Shown in pieces: positions 17,782-27,108 of a DNA stretch of 64,000 nt. The notes under the pieces were generated by a model. That model saw only the letters and a program-made list of their open reading frames with translations, did no database searches and was not told the origin of the DNA. The DNA is from an uncultured Thermoproteaceae archaeon. GTDB lineage: Archaea; Thermoproteota; Thermoprotei; Thermoproteales; Thermocladiaceae. Each line of letters begins with the position of its first letter. Positions within the stretch are counted from its first letter, which is position 1. The stretch is from assembly GCA_964575955.1 (NCBI GenBank), contig CAZNTG010000009.1, positions 32,001 to 96,000 of the forward strand. Reading direction: 5' to 3'. The translations under genes and the position numbers were made by a program.

Positions 17782-20611
17782 CTACTGGTGATCCTATTCT
17801 AAATGGTTGGAATAGTATTCCACCATTTATGAAGAACTTTGTAAACATCTCATAGAAGTGCAATCTGAGGCTTTGAATAAATGCTACTAAACCTTCAAAT
17901 ATTACTACACATATATTTCCAAGTATTGCACATACCCATACTGCTACCATGAGTAGTGCAGCACTGTGAATTATTGATCCTGCAACTCCTGTAACTACGC
18001 CAAGTAGGCAGAATGCTAAGAATCCACTTGCAAACTTCTTTCCAAATACTCTAAATATTAGGAATCCAATTATTCCTCCTGGTAGTAGTGATACTAGATA
18101 TGCTAGACCTGCAACATAGCTATGCATTGCGTATACAGCTATTGCATATGTACCCCATACTACTAGTGCTGTTAAGACTGCATGTACTATTGCTACAATT
18201 CCAAGCCTCATGAATGATATCACGTTAGCAAATCCCCAAGCGAAGTATGATTCTGCAGCTTCTACACCATACGTCATCAATGACTCATGTAGATGTACAT
18301 GCTTCTTCTTATCATGTAGAGCAACTGCCAACACAATACCAAGCATTACAAATGTGGCTATAGCCCATCCTACCCTATATGACATTGGTGCATACATCTG
18401 CCAACCACCATCATAGTATAGTGGTCCTGTAACTAGCTGTACAAATCCTAGATATGCATAGTCTAGTGGTGTTGCTATTGATGGGTTTGCTTGAATTTCT
18501 TTAGCAATCTCGATACCTAGTGGTCTTAGTGGTACTAGTCCAAGTGTTGATAGACAGAATGCAAATATTAGTACTATTGTTCCAAATATTGCATAATACT
18601 TAGCATCATATCTATATCCAAGTCTTAGATAGTTTGCAACTTTTATATACGCTGATGCTGCTAGTATGAATATTCCAATAAGTATTGACCAGCCTAGAGT
18701 TGCAAATATTGCATGCATTACAGGTATGAAACCACCCTCACTCTTAATCGCCTCTAACAATGCTGAGAGTGTTGCATGTGGATGCTCTAGTGGTGTTGGC
18801 TCCATAAGTTCGTATAGTGGTGGTATTCCAAACATGCGTAGTGGTACTCCAAAGAAGTCTCCACTCTCAATAAATCCGAAAATTATACTCCAAATACCAC
18901 ACTGCATGAATATTATACCCCAATCAACAAAACGTTTACCATCAAATATAGCTCTTAAAACCTTATTTGGACCTGTATATCTCCACTTTGCTAATAGTAG
19001 TCCAAGTATGAATATTAGTAATCCATGTCCAACATCTGGAAACATCCAACCGTAGAATAGTGGAAAGAACCACCAAGCTATAGGTACTGGAGATACCTCA
19101 CCATATCTAGGAACACCATACCAATACACTATCCTCTTCAAGACATCTATAGGTCTTGAATATTCTTCAAGTGTTGGAGCTCTCTCTTTAGGTACTTCAG
19201 GAACGTATGCATACTTGCTATATCTTCTAACTTCAGCATGTACTGCAAGTTTTGTTAATATGTCTGCAAGTGCTCTCTCAAAATCTCTAACATCTTTCAT
19301 TCTTAACTGTGCAATTATTGTAACTGTGTCAGGTCCTGTCTTATCAATATTCTCAATACCGTAAACCGACACCTTATTGAACTCTTTAATGAATGTGTCA
19401 AGCTCTCTCTCAAGATCTCTAATCCTACCCTTCAACTCCTCCCTCTCTCTAGCTACAAGTGTTAACGCACTCTTAATATCGTGTAGATATTCTCTTGGAA
19501 TTTCAACAGCAATACCTTCAGATACTATGTCTCTAGCAGATAGTTCTGGTGGTGCTTCAAATAACATCACAATATTTACACCTTCACCAACATGTTCAAC
19601 AACGTTTGGATACTTACTCAATATCTCACTCTTAACAACTCCCCTAACAGCAAATATCTTTACACGTAGTGTAGCTACTTCAAGCTTTTCAATCTTTCTT
19701 TGAAGCATTGAGTTCAATGCTATTAACAGTACTTCAACCTCTTCCAACCTCTTCTTAGCCTCTTCAATACCTCTCTTCAACTCTGACAATCTTGTTCTAA
19801 CTTCTTCACCTTCAGGAATTACAGTATCTGTATACTGTCTAATTATGCTCATAACAGCACTTGCAGCTTCTGTAACTCTATACAATCTATCTCTAATACT
19901 GTTTAAATATTTAGAAAGCTCTTCATTAAGCTCACTAAGTCTACGCTCGAGCTGTGAAACTCTCTCTCTAATAGCTTCAGGTGTTGCTCTTTCACGTGGT
20001 AGCTCAATTGGCGATTTGTTAAATACTCTATAAACTCCTTCAACAGTCTCTTTTAACCATAGTGGATATATGACAACTGCTAGAGGTTTCTCACCTTCAT
20101 AAACTATTACCTGAACGTTATGAAGTTCTAGAGATTTTCTAAAGTCAGCAACTTCTCCCGGTTCTAGGAGTACTAGATCAACTTTGAAATGTCTAAATTC
20201 TGGTAGACCTGCAGGACCTATCCTCTCAATAACTTCTAAATACCTCTTCAATGTTGTTAATTCTTGAGAAACTTCATTAATTGCTGAAATATATTGATTA
20301 ACTCTAGTCAATATTTCAGAACCTTCCTCAGCAGCTCTATTAGCCATGTCTAAGAAGCTTGTAAATGTGACCTCTATTGGAGTTTCAGGTGGTGGAACAT
20401 TGTATGTTGACAATACCTTACTTAGCTCTCTAGCAACTTCATCACACTTTCTAGCTGCTTCAGCAATTTCAGGTGGTATGTGTGGTGCTGGTAGTTCTGC
20501 AGGTCTTGGAGGTAGCATTACATATCCAAGTTCTCCAAGTTTTGCAATTACGTCAAATGCATGTCTTGCTGGTAGTGCTATTCTATACTCAGCAATGCGT
20601 TCAAGAGGCAC
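17762..20611 (-). CDS. atpI: A/V-type ATP synthase subunit I (a), unusually long at 949 aa
   Basis: YGVP.Y.E, YGWMFPDVGHG, essential Arg in SFMRL, LRLHFYEMFTKF. Confidence 0.93.
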   Translation of the reverse strand: MPLERIAEYRIALPARHAFDVIAKLGELGYVMLPPRPAELPAPHIPPEIAEAARKCDEVARELSKVLSTYNVPPPETPIEVTFTSFLDMANRAAEEGSEILTRVNQYISAINEVSQELTTLKRYLEVIERIGPAGLPEFRHFKVDLVLLEPGEVADFRKSLELHNVQVIVYEGEKPLAVVIYPLWLKETVEGVYRVFNKSPIELPRERATPEAIRERVSQLERRLSELNEELSKYLNSIRDRLYRVTEAASAVMSIIRQYTDTVIPEGEEVRTRLSELKRGIEEAKKRLEEVEVLLIALNSMLQRKIEKLEVATLRVKIFAVRGVVKSEILSKYPNVVEHVGEGVNIVMLFEAPPELSARDIVSEGIAVEIPREYLHDIKSALTLVAREREELKGRIRDLERELDTFIKEFNKVSVYGIENIDKTGPDTVTIIAQLRMKDVRDFERALADILTKLAVHAEVRRYSKYAYVPEVPKERAPTLEEYSRPIDVLKRIVYWYGVPRYGEVSPVPIAWWFFPLFYGWMFPDVGHGLLIFILGLLLAKWRYTGPNKVLRAIFDGKRFVDWGIIFMQCGIWSIIFGFIESGDFFGVPLRMFGIPPLYELMEPTPLEHPHATLSALLEAIKSEGGFIPVMHAIFATLGWSILIGIFILAASAYIKVANYLRLGYRYDAKYYAIFGTIVLIFAFCLSTLGLVPLRPLGIEIAKEIQANPSIATPLDYAYLGFVQLVTGPLYYDGGWQMYAPMSYRVGWAIATFVMLGIVLAVALHDKKKHVHLHESLMTYGVEAAESYFAWGFANVISFMRLGIVAIVHAVLTALVVWGTYAIAVYAMHSYVAGLAYLVSLLPGGIIGFLIFRVFGKKFASGFLAFCLLGVVTGVAGSIIHSAALLMVAVWVCAILGNICVVIFEGLVAFIQSLRLHFYEMFTKFFINGGILFQPFRIGSPVVRIRIV

Positions 20612-20661
20612 AACTACATGTCTTGAATAAGTATTTTAAGAATTAACGTTGAATGAATTCA

Positions 20662-21816
20662 TTAGTAGTAGTCACCTAGAAGCCATCTATTTCCAACATT
20701 TACCATCTCTATACCATACTCTTTAGCAATTTTCAAAGCAATATCCATATGTCTTCTACTTGTTGGTGGTAGATCACTCATTAGATAGTCAGGGTGAAAT
20801 GCTAGTAGTGATAGTGGAATCTCCACATTTAACTCATTAATCATTCTACACACATTTTCAATCTCAACCTCATCTATATATCCAGGAACGACTAGAAGAC
20901 TTATGGTTAGCAATGGTACTTCACTCCTCTCCTTTACTCTCTTAGCAACTTCTCTAATTGTGTAGAGTACATTTTTGAAATCTCCATCCGTCAATGCTCT
21001 ATACATGTTTTCAGTACCTGCCTTAATATCTACCTTAACTATACCACCACTCTTCAAGCTTAATTCAATAACTTCTCTTAGAAATATTGGACTTATCTGA
21101 CCATTAGTTTCCCAACATATTCTAAGTATTCTACCTCTCTTCTGTGCAATATCTAACATCTTTCTAGAGGCTATTATAGCATGTGTTATCTGTGTACTTG
21201 GATCACCACCAAAATAGCATACGCATGTAACTTTACTACTCGATGCAGCTTTTACAAGTTCATCAACATGTACAGACTTTATAGATGATTGTAGATGATA
21301 CTCTCTATAATGCCAATTTTGACAGTATAGACAATCTAGATTACATGATCCATAGAATACTGCAAGATTATAATACCCATATTCAGGACCTCTCTCAGAT
21401 ACAGAATATTTTGGATATCCAATACCTGTACTTGCTGGACAGAACCATTCAGCAACACAGTTTGTTGGTAATGGATCATAGTACCAGTCAAGTATGCCCC
21501 ATAATGATGAACCTGTAATTCTCCTAACTTTAGAATTATCTGTGATTGTCAATCCACAATATCCAACACTATTCTCATTAAGTCTACAAGATCTAGCACA
21601 TAGGTTACATACAAATTTTCCATCTCTAGGCTGTGGATATGGTAATGAAAATCTTGTTCTACTTAACCTATGTGCATTGTATATATACTCTTTACATTTG
21701 TCAAATCTCTCACGAATACATTCAGGACATACAGGAAGTATTTTAGATAGTGGAAAGTACTCTCTACCGCATACAGCACACTTATCAACACATCTGAACC
21801 TATATTTACGAGACAC
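20662..21816 (-). CDS. Radical SAM protein (PFL-activase-like/AmmeMemoRadiSam-like)
   Basis: CNLDCLYCQN, FGGDP, ETNG, N-terminal Cys clusters. Confidence 0.88.
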   Translation of the reverse strand: MSRKYRFRCVDKCAVCGREYFPLSKILPVCPECIRERFDKCKEYIYNAHRLSRTRFSLPYPQPRDGKFVCNLCARSCRLNENSVGYCGLTITDNSKVRRITGSSLWGILDWYYDPLPTNCVAEWFCPASTGIGYPKYSVSERGPEYGYYNLAVFYGSCNLDCLYCQNWHYREYHLQSSIKSVHVDELVKAASSSKVTCVCYFGGDPSTQITHAIIASRKMLDIAQKRGRILRICWETNGQISPIFLREVIELSLKSGGIVKVDIKAGTENMYRALTDGDFKNVLYTIREVAKRVKERSEVPLLTISLLVVPGYIDEVEIENVCRMINELNVEIPLSLLAFHPDYLMSDLPPTSRRHMDIALKIAKEYGIEMVNVGNRWLLGDYY

Positions 21817-21855
21817 AACCTTAAAATATGTCTAGTTGAACTGTTTTATAAAGTT

Positions 21856-22197
21856 ATGGATGTTACAGTTCAGCAAATAGTTAGTAGTGTGATGTCTAAT
21901 CACAACACGTATCTAGTAATGTTCATAGAATTTCTACTTGGTGTAGGTATTGGATACGCAGCCACAAAAGCTGCTAAGTATATAATAACACTAATAGTAC
22001 TACTATTCCTAGGTACACTACTTGGAGTTTGGTCACTTGGAATATCTATGAATAAGCTTATCGGTCTAATCATAGGTAATATGGGTAAAGTTTGGACAAT
22101 AATAAACATGATTATGGCGGGGCTAAGCATAGTTATGATAGGGCCAGTACTTGCAGGAATCGTTGTTGGAATAGTTATAGCACTAATACGTAAGTAG
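21856..22197 (+). CDS. Small integral membrane protein (FUN14-like)
   Basis: Three hydrophobic segments; G.GIGYA..K..K pattern. Confidence 0.65.
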   Translation: MDVTVQQIVSSVMSNHNTYLVMFIEFLLGVGIGYAATKAAKYIITLIVLLFLGTLLGVWSLGISMNKLIGLIIGNMGKVWTIINMIMAGLSIVMIGPVLAGIVVGIVIALIRK

Positions 22198-22252
22198 TGA
22201 AGATTTCAATACGGTACAATATTTAACTTCGACAACCTTAGTGGATCTGTAG

Positions 22253-22858
22253 ATGGAAGCTGAAATTATAAGTTTTCCAACATTACCACCTGTAGCATCT
22301 AACGGCAGTATCAGACTTCTTAGAGAAGACATGTTTGATATTGCATTAGCTAGAGAGAGATTACCAATACTCAAACTTATAGTATTTGGAATTACTAGAG
22401 CATCAGTACTTTCAGAAAAACTACATATTCCAAAATCAACACTTTACAGACATCTAAACACCTTAATGAGAGCTGGATGGATTGAGAGAAAAGGTGATGG
22501 TGAGTATGTACTTGCATCAAAAATCTTCCTAGTATATAGAATACTTGCAGAAGATGATAATGTAATGATAAGCATTGTAAATAATAAGGGAGCATTTGTT
22601 GATAGGAAGACTGGACTCATAATAGTTACAGGAAGACAACCACCTGTAAACTGCATAAGATGTAGAGAGTTGCAGAGATGTACAGAAATAGCTAAGAGTA
22701 TAGCTAGAAAGTTAGGAATAAAGTTGAGATCTATAACACCAGCAGAAGCATTTGTAGAGATTATGACAACAATAGCTAGAAAAGTACTACAAAGAGGACT
22801 AGTACACAGCTATATAGAGTTGAAAATTAGAAATGAGATGATAGAACTTGAAAGTTAG
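22253..22858 (+). CDS. Winged-helix transcriptional regulator with C-terminal Cys cluster
   Basis: LSEKLHIPKSTLYRHL..L...GWI HTH; CIRC....C. Confidence 0.8.
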   Translation: MEAEIISFPTLPPVASNGSIRLLREDMFDIALARERLPILKLIVFGITRASVLSEKLHIPKSTLYRHLNTLMRAGWIERKGDGEYVLASKIFLVYRILAEDDNVMISIVNNKGAFVDRKTGLIIVTGRQPPVNCIRCRELQRCTEIAKSIARKLGIKLRSITPAEAFVEIMTTIARKVLQRGLVHSYIELKIRNEMIELES

Positions 22859-24591
22859 ATAGCTACCTGCTCCCATGGATACTTTCTACTCCATCTAACT
22901 GCTCTATCCTGCTCTAACTCTTTCAATCTCATACTAATCTCGTCTCTACTAATCTTTCTAAATAGTGGAGATACTTCACCAATCTCAAGTCCAGGATCTA
23001 CAGGATTTACAACATCATTCCAACCTCTCTCAAGTATTGAACATCTATATCCAATTAAATTCCAAAGCTTCTCCATACTACTAGGCATTACAGGATATAG
23101 ACATATTGCCAACATCTTAACTAGATGAAGACCAACACCTAGAACTGATGAACCAAGCTCATAATCACTCTTCAATAAGTCCCATGGTCTTCTCTCATTA
23201 AAATACTTATTACCTATTCTTGCAATATCTACAGCTCTATGTAATGCATCTCTAAGCTTTATATTACTATAAAGTTTATCAACATCTTCAACAACCTTTA
23301 ATGCTTCATTAATAATCTTCTTGTCACATTCTTCAAGCTTAGTTATACTTGGTGTCTTACCTCCAAGTCTTCTCTTCACTAATGTCAATACTCTATGAAT
23401 GAAATTTCCGATAGTATCATTGATTATTGAATTCACAATATCTATCGCAACATCCCAACTAAAGTTTGAATCTTTTGTTTCAGGTCTTATGTATATTAAT
23501 ATAAATCTCCAATAGTCAACATTATCGAAAATTCTCAATGCTTCATCAATCCAAATACCAACTTTCTGACTTTTAGAAAACTTCTTACCTTCATACATCA
23601 GATATTCTGTTGCTGATATTGTGTATGGAAGTACATAACCGTCACCTGAACCTATTAGTAGTGCTGGAAGTATTATTGAGTGGAATGGAATGTTGTCCTT
23701 ACCTATGAAGAATACTACTCTAGTGTTTGGATTTTTCCACAATTCTAATCCTCTATCTGGATTTCCAAACTTACGTTCAAAGTATTCCATAGTTGCAGAT
23801 ATGTAGCCTAGGACAGCTTCAAACCAGACGTATATAGTCTTACCTTCAGCACCTGGAAATGGTGCTGGTATACCCCACTTATTATCTCTAGTCACAGATC
23901 TAGGCTTTAATCCAGATTTTAGTATAGATATACTCATAGTTTTTACGTTTTCAGGAAGTTTGTCGTTAGATTCTACATACTTCTTAACATCTTCTTCAAG
24001 TTTCTTCAAATCAAGATACCAATGTCTAGTTTTACGCCATTCAGGAGTTGAACCACATATAGCACATCTTGGATTTACTAGCTGTGTAGGTTCTAGTAGT
24101 GAACCACATTTCTCACATTGATCACCTCTAGCAGATTCATAACCACAGTATGGACATGTTCCTACTATAAATCTGTCAGGTAGGAATATTCTATCTCTAG
24201 GACAGTATGGTAATGTATCTTCTTTCTCAAATATTAGACCTCTCTCATATAGCTTCATGAAGAATTTCTGTACAAAGTTTATATGAACTTTAGACTCTGT
24301 ACTTGTATAATTATCATAACTAATATTCCACTTCTTTAGAAGATCTGTAACAATCTTATGCATAATTTCAGCATACTCATGAGGATCAATACCTAACTTC
24401 CTAGCTTCAACTTCTATAGGTGTTCCATGAACATCACTACCACTAACGAAGATCACATTCTCACCTTTAAGTCTTAAATATCTCACAAATACATCAGCAC
24501 TCAATATTGAGCCTATCATATTTCCAAGATGTGGAACATAGTTGACATAGGGCCAGGCAGATCCAACTATCCATACTACACTAGAGCTCAT
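22855..24591 (-). CDS. metG: Methionine--tRNA ligase
   Basis: AWPYVN..PHLGN, YVWFEA, GKDN, KFSKS, Zn knuckles. Confidence 0.97.
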   Translation of the reverse strand: MSSSVVWIVGSAWPYVNYVPHLGNMIGSILSADVFVRYLRLKGENVIFVSGSDVHGTPIEVEARKLGIDPHEYAEIMHKIVTDLLKKWNISYDNYTSTESKVHINFVQKFFMKLYERGLIFEKEDTLPYCPRDRIFLPDRFIVGTCPYCGYESARGDQCEKCGSLLEPTQLVNPRCAICGSTPEWRKTRHWYLDLKKLEEDVKKYVESNDKLPENVKTMSISILKSGLKPRSVTRDNKWGIPAPFPGAEGKTIYVWFEAVLGYISATMEYFERKFGNPDRGLELWKNPNTRVVFFIGKDNIPFHSIILPALLIGSGDGYVLPYTISATEYLMYEGKKFSKSQKVGIWIDEALRIFDNVDYWRFILIYIRPETKDSNFSWDVAIDIVNSIINDTIGNFIHRVLTLVKRRLGGKTPSITKLEECDKKIINEALKVVEDVDKLYSNIKLRDALHRAVDIARIGNKYFNERRPWDLLKSDYELGSSVLGVGLHLVKMLAICLYPVMPSSMEKLWNLIGYRCSILERGWNDVVNPVDPGLEIGEVSPLFRKISRDEISMRLKELEQDRAVRWSRKYPWEQVAI

Positions 24592-24662
24592 GGAGCTATA
24601 GCTTTTGAATTACAACCACACACTTATATAGGATACTCCGAGAACTATATCTAGGTGATGTA

Positions 24663-25007
24663 TTGCCTGTAAAGAAGAAAAAGAAGAGTGAGGAAAAACA
24701 GACACTTGGAATAACAGCATTCTTAGTAGAGGAAGAAGAGAAGGAGAAGACTAGTCAAAAAGCTACTACAGTTGAAGAGAAGAAGATTGAAAGTAAGGTT
24801 GAGAATGTTGAAGAGATTAGTAATAGAATTGTAGAGCTATTAAAGAAGAGGGGCGGTCTTATAAGTAAAGATGAGCTAATTGCATGGGCTAAAGCTAGAG
24901 GTATAAAGATATCACTAATTATGAAAGCTATTGATGAATTGACGAAGAAGAAGATGATTGTGCGTAGAATTGTTGACGAAAAACTATGTTATGAGCTTAA
25001 GGTATGA
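24663..25007 (+). CDS. Hypothetical protein with C-terminal winged helix
   Basis: GGTGA RBS before TTG; charged N-terminus and wHTH-like C-terminus. Confidence 0.65.
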   Translation: MPVKKKKKSEEKQTLGITAFLVEEEEKEKTSQKATTVEEKKIESKVENVEEISNRIVELLKKRGGLISKDELIAWAKARGIKISLIMKAIDELTKKKMIVRRIVDEKLCYELKV

Positions 25008-25049
25008 GGATATAATGAATAAATACTTCTGAACGTTAGGTCAAGACTA

Positions 25050-27101
25050 GTGAAGCAGAGTATAGCATCTTGCGGCATATTAGCCATATTGAGAAAACCA
25101 CATGCTGACAAGATTAAAGGTAGTACTGTAGTAGATGCTATAGATCTAGTACGATTTAGAGGTTCTAGATATGGTGCAGGATATGCAGTTATGAATATGG
25201 AATCTAGAAAATTTTCAGCACAGATATTCTTAATTAAAGATGGTAGAGAAGACGATAGATTAAACTTGATAATTGAAGAATTATCAAAAATATCAAATAT
25301 AGAATGTATAAATAAGAAGGCTGAGACAGAGAAAGTACTTGATATAGAAATCATACTAGATGTAGATAAGAGAGATACTGTAAATATAAGTAGGAGATTG
25401 TTAAAAATTAATGACAAATTATGGAAAGATGGTAAATCAGGAAGAGTATATTCATGGGGTTGGCATATTGAAGTCTTTAAGGGAGTTGGATATCCAAGAC
25501 CGATAGCAGATTTATACAATATATATGAATGGGAAGGTGATCTATGGATAGCACATACAAGACAACCAACAAACTCTCCTGGATATTACCCATATTGGTC
25601 ACATCCATTCTCACTATCTGACATAGCCGTTGTACATAATGGTGATATAAGTTCATTTGGTTCAAACATGAATTTTCTAAGGTATAGCCTAGATTTTGAA
25701 AGCTTTGTAGGTACTGACAGTGAATGTATAGCATTCATAACGTATAAATTGGTGAGAGAAGATGGTCTAGATCCTGAAACACTTGCAAAATTGTTAGTTG
25801 GTTCTGAAGAAAGTGAACTAGCACTTAAATATCTTGGAGTTAGACTAGATGGCCCATTTGCGATAGCTATAGGTCTATACTATAATGATGATCTATACCT
25901 AATAGCTGCAGTAGATAGACAAAAACTAAGACCAATAGTTATAGGTGAAGATGAAAACTACTACTATGTTGCAAGTGAGGAATGTCAAATACGTAGGATA
26001 AGTCCAAATGCTAGAGTATGGACATTACAGCCAGGAGGATATTTCATAGTTTCAATGAATAGAGGAATATTGAAATATGGTAGACCAAGCATTGATATAG
26101 AATTCTTCTATGACTCAACTAATAGTAGAATATCAAAATTTATGTACATAAAACCACCACCTGAAGATGATGTAATAGATGCATGGGGATTATCCTATAG
26201 AGAATTAAATAGAAGAATATTAGAAAAAGCATTAAAAGGATATAAGAGAATTAGAGTGTACAACGTATATGGTCAAAGATATATCGGTATTAACATATCT
26301 AGACACGGCATTAGAGGTGTTAAATTAGAAATCTATGGAATTCCAGGAAATTGTCTTGGAAATTTAAACATGGATACTGAAATAATAGTTTATGGAAATG
26401 TTGAAGATGATGTTGGAGATACAATGCATGGAGGATCAATAGTAGTGTATGGAGATGCTAGAGATGTTGTAGGTCAAGCATTACAGGGAGGGTACATATT
26501 CATACGAGGAAATGCTGGAACTAGAGTTGGAATATTAATGAGAGAGTATGTAGATAAGAGACCATACTTGATAGTTGGTGGAAGAGTAGACAAATATCTT
26601 GGAGAATACATGGCAGGTGGTGTAGCTATGGTTCTCGGAATTGAAGCATTTAGAAATAGAGTAGAAATTGAACTAGCAGATAAACATGTAGGTACAGGAA
26701 TGGTTGGAGGAAGAATATATATTAGAGGAAGAATATCACCACACAAGATTGGTCTTAGACCACCAAAATTAGAATTTATAAACTTCATAGAAGGATTAAT
26801 AGAAGAGAAATTAATACCTACAGAACTTGTACAAGATATAGAGTATGGAGATATTGAAACTTTAGAGGAGAGGTTAATTAAATATGGTAATGAGCTAGCG
26901 TTAAAATTAGCAAAAACTTTGTATGAGAGTAAGCATATAATAAAGATAGTTCACGAATATAGAGAGTTAAATCAGGATGAAATTAGAGAATTGAGACCTG
27001 TATTATTGAAATATGCTGAATACTTCTCGATAGATAGTGAAGAGATTGATGATCTACTATCAGAGAAGTATACAGTAGTGTATAGGTATAGTAGAAGGTA
27101 G
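25050..27101 (+). CDS. Glutamate synthase-like class II glutamine amidotransferase fused to GXGXG domain
   Basis: CGIL, HTRQPTNS, HPF, VHNG, GTDSE, then GXGXG repeats (GDTMHGG, GEYMAGG, GTGMVGG). Confidence 0.87.
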   Translation: MKQSIASCGILAILRKPHADKIKGSTVVDAIDLVRFRGSRYGAGYAVMNMESRKFSAQIFLIKDGREDDRLNLIIEELSKISNIECINKKAETEKVLDIEIILDVDKRDTVNISRRLLKINDKLWKDGKSGRVYSWGWHIEVFKGVGYPRPIADLYNIYEWEGDLWIAHTRQPTNSPGYYPYWSHPFSLSDIAVVHNGDISSFGSNMNFLRYSLDFESFVGTDSECIAFITYKLVREDGLDPETLAKLLVGSEESELALKYLGVRLDGPFAIAIGLYYNDDLYLIAAVDRQKLRPIVIGEDENYYYVASEECQIRRISPNARVWTLQPGGYFIVSMNRGILKYGRPSIDIEFFYDSTNSRISKFMYIKPPPEDDVIDAWGLSYRELNRRILEKALKGYKRIRVYNVYGQRYIGINISRHGIRGVKLEIYGIPGNCLGNLNMDTEIIVYGNVEDDVGDTMHGGSIVVYGDARDVVGQALQGGYIFIRGNAGTRVGILMREYVDKRPYLIVGGRVDKYLGEYMAGGVAMVLGIEAFRNRVEIELADKHVGTGMVGGRIYIRGRISPHKIGLRPPKLEFINFIEGLIEEKLIPTELVQDIEYGDIETLEERLIKYGNELALKLAKTLYESKHIIKIVHEYRELNQDEIRELRPVLLKYAEYFSIDSEEIDDLLSEKYTVVYRYSRR

Positions 27102-27108
27102 TTGTAAA

